The notes beneath the pieces are model-generated. The model was not told the origin of the DNA, searched no databases, and worked only from the letters and a program-made list of their open reading frames with translations. A stretch of 64,000 bases of DNA from Dysidea avara (taxonomy: Eukaryota): contig NC_089285.1 in NCBI RefSeq assembly GCF_963678975.1, positions 12,026,725-12,090,724 of the forward strand, in the 5' to 3' direction. How positions within the stretch are numbered: the first letter of the stretch is position 1; each line of letters starts with the position of its first letter. Of this stretch, positions 61,250-64,000 are shown piece by piece. The translations under genes were made by a program, and so were the position numbers.

Positions 61250-62315
61250 GGACATTGGAAACAGTGGAAATTGAAAACTGAAACTGAAGCCGAAAACTAA
61301 AATTGGTCAAAACTTTATATTAATGGGTACCTCTTAACAAAGACCACCTCTGTAATAAGACCACCCGTATAATAAGACCGCCTCTAATAAGACCACCTCA
61401 TTATAGTAGTTTTGTCAAGTAGGTCCAACAAAAGGGCTATAAGGTGTACTCATAATGTAATAAAGTATCAATCAATCTGACAGTACTTAAAAGTTAAAAT
61501 GACAGCTGCAGGGTTGTACATAAGGATACACTATCTTACCATGCCAAGACCTATAGTCCATGGTCATGTCACAATGAAAATGGAGCAATTGCATGCATAA
61601 TTTACTCTACTGATACTGGATTTGATAATGGATTTCTCATGAAATGTGCATGATTTAAGAGTTGCATAGTTAAATTAATGATCTTGGATTTTGTGTCTTG
61701 GTAATAGTTAGACACTCGTGATAGATGTCTTCAAGGATTTAAAAACCTGAGGTGATGTCAATAATTACCTACGCCTCAGTAATTACTGATGTCACCTCAG
61801 GTTTTTAAATTTTCGAAGATGCTTATTACGAGTACCTAACAATTATCAAGACACAAAGTCCAAGATCATTAATGTTGATTTTGTAACTACGCAACTCCTA
61901 AATCCTGCACAATTCATGAGAAATCCTTTATCAAATCCAGCATCAACGGAGTAAATTATGCATGCAATTGCTCCATTTTCATTTGGGACATGACCATGGA
62001 CTTTATGGCTTGGCATGGTAAGATAGTATATCTTTGGCATGGTAAGATAGTATATCTTTTTGTACAACCCTGCAGCTGTCATTTTAACTTTTAAGTCCTG
62101 TCTGATTGATTGATACTTTATTACATTATGAGTACACCTTAGCCACTTGACATAACTACTATATAATAAGGTGGTCTTATTTTAGAGGTGGTATTATCAT
62201 ACAGGTGGTCTTATTATACAGGTAGTCTTTGTTAAGAGGTACCTGTTAATATGAAGTTTTGAACAATTTTAGTTTTTCAGTTTCAGTTTTCAATTTCCAC
62301 TGTTTCCAATGTCTC
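61249..62315. mobile_element. 1.07-kb near-perfect hairpin element (arms ~520 bp, centre ~61772) inserted in the satellite with a 9-bp target-site duplication 'aattcttct'
   Basis: Termini 'gggacattggaaacagtgg' and the reverse complement of 'ccactgtttccaatgtctc'. Flanking 'aattcttct' at 61240-61248 and 62316-62324. The interior is mirrored throughout (e.g. 'accacctctgtaataagaccacccgtataataagaccgcctctaataag'). Confidence 0.8.
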
Positions 62316-63625
62316 AATTCTTCTAGCTGATCTTTCTACAGGGTGATTTGTTTGTAGCTGAATTTTCTACAGGGTGACTTGTTTGCAGCTGAACTCTCTA
62401 CATGGTGGTTTCTTTGTAGCTGAAATCTCTACAAAGTGAATTCTTCTGGCTGATCTTTCTACAGGGTGATTTGTTTGTAGCTGAACTTTATACAAGGAAA
62501 CTTCTTCTAACTGATGTCTGTACAGGGTGAATTGTTTGTAGCTGAACTGTCTACAAGGTAACTTCTTCTAGCTGATCTCTCTACAGGGTAATTTGTTTGT
62601 AGCTGAATTCTGTACAGGTGATTTGTTTGCAGCTGAACTCTTTACAAAATGGTTTCTTTGTAGCTGAACTCTCTATAAGGTAACTTCTTCTAGCTGATCT
62701 TTCTACGGGGCGATTTGTTTGTAACTGAATTTTCTACAGGGTGATTTGTTTGCAGCTGAATTCTCTACATGGTGGTTTCTTTGTTGCTGAACTCTCTACA
62801 AGGTGAATTCTTCTAGCTGATCTCTCTACAGGGTGATTTGTTTGTAGCTGATCTCTCTACAAGGTGATTAGTTTGTAGCTGATCTCTCTGCAGGTTGATT
62901 TGTTTGTAGGTGAACTCTCTACAGGGTGATTTGTTTCTAGCTGATCTCTCTACAGGGTGATTTGTTTCTAGCTGAACTCTCTATAAGGTGATTTGTTTGT
63001 AGCTGATCTCTCTGCAGGTTGATTTGTTTGTAGCTGAACTCTCTACAAGGTGATTTACTTGTAGCTGAACTCCTTACATTGTGTCTAGTTTCTAGCTGAT
63101 GTCTCTACAGGGTGATTTATTTTGTAGTTGAACTCTCTACAGGGTGATTTGTTTCTAGTTTATCTCTCTACAGGTTGATTTGTGCGTAACTGATCTCTCT
63201 ACAAGCTGATTTGTTTGTAGCTGATCTCTCTGCAGGTTGATTTGTTTGTAGCTGATCTCTCTACAAGTTGATTGGTTTGTTGCTAATCGCTCTAAAGGTT
63301 GATTTGTTTGTAGCTGAACTCTCTGCAAAGTGTTTTGTTTGTAGCTGATCTCTCTACAGGGTAATTTGTTTGTAGCTGAACTCTCTCCACAGTGACTTGT
63401 GTATAGCTGAATTCTCTAGAGAGTGACTTAATTGTAGCTGAACTCTCTACAGGGTGCATGACTTGTTTATAGCTGAACTCTCTTCAGTGTGACTTGTAAT
63501 GTTCTGAATCTCTACAGTGATATATTTGTAGCTTAACTCTCCACAGGGTGACTTGCTTCTTGCTGAACTGTCTATAAGATTAACTGTTTGCAGCTGAACT
63601 CCCTACAGAATAACTTGTAATGTAA
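62316..63625 (+). repeat. 30/61-bp satellite array continuing the right terminus of the FB element
   Basis: Direct reading. Confidence 0.95.
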
Positions 63626-63803
63626 TAGAATTCTATAATGGAGTAAATAAATTAGCTGAATGCTCTATTAGGGTGACTGTTCTATTAGAGTATCTCGATC
63701 TCGCATTTGCTACACGGAGTTGACTTTCGAATAATAATTCAGTGGTTTGTAATCCGATTCTTCTATACTACTGCAAGGACTTTCTATGAAGATTATTCCA
63801 GCT
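63625..63803 (+). repeat. Element X copy 4 (5' part), followed by an unrelated inverted-repeat segment (63833-64000, 'caattccggacac' / 'gtgtccggaattg') cut by the window end
   Basis: 'gctgaatgctctattagggtgactgttctattagagtatctcgatctcgcatttgctacacggagttgactttcgaataataattcagtggtttgtaatcc'. Confidence 0.6.
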
Positions 63804-64000
63804 AAGGTAAATGCGGGTATTTCCGGACAGCGTACAATTCCGGACACTTTGGTACCTTTATCAAGCTAGCCGAGGAACGAAACAACGGATTGCCTTGAAA
63901 TTTCTGCTGTGAATAGCTATTCTTATAGGGATTATAAAAATCGAAAAGTGTGTTCTAGTTGATTCATTCTTGGGTGCTATACACGAAGTGTCCGGAATTG

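Noticed and set aside
1-64000. Prokaryotic-style operon, defence-system or CRISPR interpretation prompted by the task framing
   Set aside because: The sequence is eukaryotic: spliced exon candidates with GT/AG boundaries, LINE/BEL-Pao/THAP9/Harbinger-type elements, satellites, no Shine-Dalgarno-organised gene strings. The novel system here is a transposon architecture, not a bacterial locus.

Overview
This window is eukaryotic, AT-rich and repeat-dense, and its features (GT-AG intron candidates, invertebrate-type transposon families) point to an invertebrate metazoan rather than a prokaryote. I found no rRNA, tRNA or CRISPR. It is a nest of mobile elements.

1. A two-gene module occurs twice. 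Each copy has a '+'-strand SAP/SWIM/YqaJ (lambda-exonuclease-like) nuclease gene facing a '-'-strand THAP + DDE_Tnp_4 (Harbinger/ISL2EU-type) transposase gene. Copy 1 (7641-11427) is nearly intact. Copy 2 (13697-18640) is decayed; its nuclease gene appears to splice on to an OTU cysteine-protease exon.

2. A ~9.9 kb element (39612-49524) has ~0.8 kb terminal inverted repeats built from ~60-bp tandem subrepeats. It carries a 767-aa transposase-like ORF, possibly of the Kyakuja/Dileera/Zisupton (KDZ) type, plus a second ORF.

3. Foldback elements have ends made of a 30/61-bp satellite. This satellite forms arrays of 0.8-2.7 kb at 35810-38575, 49525-50283 and 60095-63640.

4. A recurrent ~0.6-1.5 kb element, which I call X, always abuts those satellite arrays. 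One copy carries a CR1/L2-like LINE 3' fragment with an imperfect ~15-bp target-site duplication.

5. A BEL/Pao pol pseudogene is split in two by an 18.9 kb composite insertion bracketed by LTR-like direct repeats. Each of those repeats independently acquired a MITE of the same family.

6. There are two frameshifted P-element/THAP9-like transposase pseudogenes, a cluster of retroelement ORF2 C-terminal fragments, several MITEs and perfect hairpins, and coding and non-coding minisatellites.

Every domain call rests on motifs I read in the translations. No database search was possible.
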